The notes under the pieces are model-generated. The model was not told the DNA's origin. It did no database searches and was given only the letters and a program-made list of their open reading frames with translations. Below are positions 50,608-53,094 of a DNA stretch of 53,094 nucleotides, in pieces. The position numbers and the translations under genes are program-made. The stretch is from Candidatus Yanofskybacteria bacterium RIFCSPLOWO2_01_FULL_49_17. GTDB taxonomy: Bacteria; Patescibacteriota; Minisyncoccia; 2-02-FULL-40-12; GWA2-44-9. The DNA lies in the NCBI GenBank assembly GCA_001795695.1, contig MGKO01000004.1, forward strand, positions 1-53,094, written 5' to 3'. The stretch's first letter is position 1; each line of letters starts with the position of its first letter.

Positions 50608-51264
50608 ATGGATACAGGTCGGAAGCAGGCAATCATACTGATGGGGCCGCCGGGGAGCGGCAAGGACACGCAAGCCGAGCTTTTGGCCCGCGAGTTAAAA
50701 TTGGAGGAAATAAAAACTTCTCATATCATAGAACAAAAATTCGCGGCCGCCGAACCGAATGATGCCGTTATGAACGAAGAGAAAAGAAAGTATAAGAGTG
50801 GGGAACTGTTGGACCAAAAATTAGTAGAGGAGTGGACATTGGAAGCCATTGCTTCAGCCGCGGCTGGCCGGGGCCTCATCGCCAATGGTTGGCCGCGCAG
50901 AGTTGAGGAGGCCCAGACCGAAGTGGAAGTGTTGGAAAAGTATTACGGCAAAAATATAAAAGTCGTTACCATCGCATTAAGCGAGGAAGAATCCGTCAAG
51001 CGCAATTCCAAGCGGCGGGTCTGTCGGGCCAACGGCCATCCTATTTTAGACCCAGATATTACCGTTTGTCCGGAGGACGGCAGCCCCCTGATTACCCGGG
51101 CTGACGATATCCCTGAAACCATCAGAAAACGTTATCAGGTCTATCTTTCCGAAACCGCGCTAATTATTGACTTTTTGACCCAAAAAGGGTATAATGTAAT
51201 TACCATAGATGGCGAGCAGTCCATAGAGGATGTGCATCGCGAGATACTGAATAAACTATGGTGA
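50608..51264 (+). CDS. adk: Adenylate kinase
   Basis: GPPGSGKDTQA P-loop, GWPR, LID with C...H...CP.D, RADD; secY-adk-map synteny. Confidence 0.92.
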   Translation: MDTGRKQAIILMGPPGSGKDTQAELLARELKLEEIKTSHIIEQKFAAAEPNDAVMNEEKRKYKSGELLDQKLVEEWTLEAIASAAAGRGLIANGWPRRVEEAQTEVEVLEKYYGKNIKVVTIALSEEESVKRNSKRRVCRANGHPILDPDITVCPEDGSPLITRADDIPETIRKRYQVYLSETALIIDFLTQKGYNVITIDGEQSIEDVHREILNKLW

Positions 51265-51273
51265 TGCATTTAT

Positions 51274-51339
51274 CCCGTTAGAAATCCCGCCTGCGCCATG
51301 CGCAGTCCGCAGGACCTCGGGCGGGATATTTCTAATGGG
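51274..51339. repeat. 66-nt variant of the CCCGTTAGAAAT element abutting the map start
   Basis: CCCGTTAGAAAT-CCCGCC...GGCGGG-ATATTTCTAATGGG-ATG. Confidence 0.85.
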
Positions 51340-52086
51340 ATGAAATTAAAGACACCCGAAGAAATTGAAATAATGGCCGAAGGGGGCCATATTCTTTCCG
51401 ATATCCTTGATCGGCTGGTTGTCGCGGCTAAGCCCGGAACGACCACCAAAGAACTTGACGATATTGCCCGCAAGCTTCTAAAAGAAGCCGGCGCGAAGTC
51501 CTGGTTCGTTGACCATGAAGGATTCCCAGCTTCTATTTGCACTTCAATCAACGAAGAGGTGGTCCACGGTGTTCCGTCCGATAGGATTTTAAGATCAGGT
51601 GATGTGCTTAAGATAGACTTCGGCGTCCGCTATAAAGGTTTTAACACGGATAGCGCCAGAACCGTCCTTGTCGGAGAGGCCAAAGACGCTAAGAAGTTGA
51701 AATTGATATCGGTCACTAAGCGCGCTCTTGATATCGGTATTGAACAGGCTCAAGTCGGTAATGCCCTTAAGGATATCGGACGAGAGATACAAAAATACGT
51801 AGAGTCGCAAGATTTTAACGTCGTTCGGGAATTAGTCGGACATGGGATCGGCAAAGACGTTCATGAACCGCCTCAAGTCCTGAACTATGTTTCTCCGGGT
51901 GAGGGAAAGGAAAAGTTGGAACCGGGATTGGTCATCGCCATAGAGCCGATGGTGGTCGCCGGTCATTGGAAGATAGAGGACGGAAAGGACGGCTTTTCAT
52001 TCGTGACTAAAGACGGGGGCCTGGCCGCTCAATTTGAACATACGGTTGCCATAACCAAAGACGGTCCGTTAATTCTGACAAAGTAA
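51340..52086 (+). CDS. map: Methionine aminopeptidase, type I
   Basis: CTSINEEVVHGVP, D.G, D.ART, GHGIG, HEPP, AIEPM, AQFEHT. Confidence 0.97.
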   Translation: MKLKTPEEIEIMAEGGHILSDILDRLVVAAKPGTTTKELDDIARKLLKEAGAKSWFVDHEGFPASICTSINEEVVHGVPSDRILRSGDVLKIDFGVRYKGFNTDSARTVLVGEAKDAKKLKLISVTKRALDIGIEQAQVGNALKDIGREIQKYVESQDFNVVRELVGHGIGKDVHEPPQVLNYVSPGEGKEKLEPGLVIAIEPMVVAGHWKIEDGKDGFSFVTKDGGLAAQFEHTVAITKDGPLILTK

Positions 52087-53024
52087 TGACTGATTTAATA
52101 CACAAACTTATCGTTTTGCTCGTGCCCCACAAACACAATGGTTACCGGCCTCGCATCCTTGAGTCGGAATCATTCGCGGGCATGATTATCGTGCTTGTTT
52201 TTTTGAAGGTGCTTAGCATCATTTCTTACGATCAGAATCTGGGCGCGGATATTTTCAATCAGGTCACCCAGTCGGACCTTTACACTCTTACAAACAAGGC
52301 CCGTGCCGATAATGAGCTTCCGGCTCTGAAGATAAACCCGGAGTTGGAGAAGGCCGCTCAATTGAAACTTCAAGACATGGGCTCTTTCGGCTATTTCGGC
52401 CATGTCTCGCCCCAAGGCATCACGCCGTGGGCCTGGTTTGAAAAAGCGCGTTATGACTATCAGGCGGCCGGCGAGAATCTGGCCATGGATTTTAATTCCA
52501 GTTCCGATGTGATGCGGGCATGGCTTGCTTCGCCAGATCACCGACAAAATATCCTTTATCCGAACTTCACCGAGATCGGTATTGTCACCGGGACAGCCAT
52601 TATTGACGGCCGCTCTAGAACAGTTGTTGTTCAGGAATTCGGTCAACCGGTTGTAAAACCGACATCTTTACCAACTGTCAGCCCAACCCCAGTAGCCGCC
52701 GCCTTGCGAACCTTGCCGAGCCAAGCGATACATTTTGCAGGTGAGCCGGCCGGGCCAAAGCCGGCCGGGAAGACGGTCGTGGCCGGCGTCAGTCAGACCT
52801 CGCCCACCAACGAGATGACCTATCTGTCATGGTCAATGTTCCAACTTTTGATGACCCTGGCCGGTCTGGCGGCGCTGGCCCTGTTGGCCATCAACTTGTT
52901 CGCCAGGATGCATTTGCGGGCCCCGACCTTGTTGACCCGAGCTGTGATCTTGGCGCTCGTGGCTTTACTGGTGTTTGCGATGAAGGACCATCAATTTTTG
53001 ACGAGCAATATAATATTGCCATGA
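52086..53024 (+). CDS. Membrane-anchored CAP/SCP domain protein
   Basis: TN..R, L..AAQ.K..DM..GYF.H, GENLA, W..SP.HR.NIL, VVQEFG. Confidence 0.9.
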   Translation: MTDLIHKLIVLLVPHKHNGYRPRILESESFAGMIIVLVFLKVLSIISYDQNLGADIFNQVTQSDLYTLTNKARADNELPALKINPELEKAAQLKLQDMGSFGYFGHVSPQGITPWAWFEKARYDYQAAGENLAMDFNSSSDVMRAWLASPDHRQNILYPNFTEIGIVTGTAIIDGRSRTVVVQEFGQPVVKPTSLPTVSPTPVAAALRTLPSQAIHFAGEPAGPKPAGKTVVAGVSQTSPTNEMTYLSWSMFQLLMTLAGLAALALLAINLFARMHLRAPTLLTRAVILALVALLVFAMKDHQFLTSNIILP

Positions 53025-53094
53025 ATCCCATAATGAACGAATCTCCGCTGATAATCCCAAGACCGCCCAGAAAATATCGTTCCATGATTATGGC
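53021..53094 (+). CDS. Partial CDS running off the window end
   Basis: ATGA overlap with previous stop; open to the end (MNPIMNESPLIIPRPPRKYRSMIM). Confidence 0.5.
   Translation, partial: MNPIMNESPLIIPRPPRKYRSMIM

Overview
Core-chromosome window of a Patescibacteria/CPR (Parcubacteria-like) bacterium; the lineage is inferred from the divergent unlinked 16S rRNA end, the missing rpmD and the gene set. Housekeeping content: 16S 3' end, rnhB, gap, split transketolase, rmuC, K+-independent H+-PPase, pth, lepB, hisS, ybeY, ftsAZ, class II RNR, comEC, ndk, a 6S-like RNA, three tRNAs and the str/S10/spc operons through secY-adk-map. There are two accessory systems. (1) A diversity-generating retroelement at 16.75-19.81 kb. 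VR and TR match over 126 nt with 18 differences, all at TR adenines. avd is inverted between TR and RT, and the RT gene is out of frame at a (GA)8 tract, a candidate phase-variation switch. (2) A 3.1-kb serine-recombinase island between tRNA-Ile and tRNA-Ala. It carries pyrD and an internal, inverted attP-like junction boxed by 23-bp inverted repeats. In addition, many gene junctions hold fold-back elements from several families: 7/8/9-mer repeat hairpins (one still enclosing an internally deleted four-helix-bundle gene), CCCGTTAGAAAT...ATTTCTAACGGG elements abutting start codons, and a ~200-nt covarying SD/anti-SD element. Short GC palindromes are also inserted in frame within proteins. All protein calls come from motif recognition by eye; no database searches were run.
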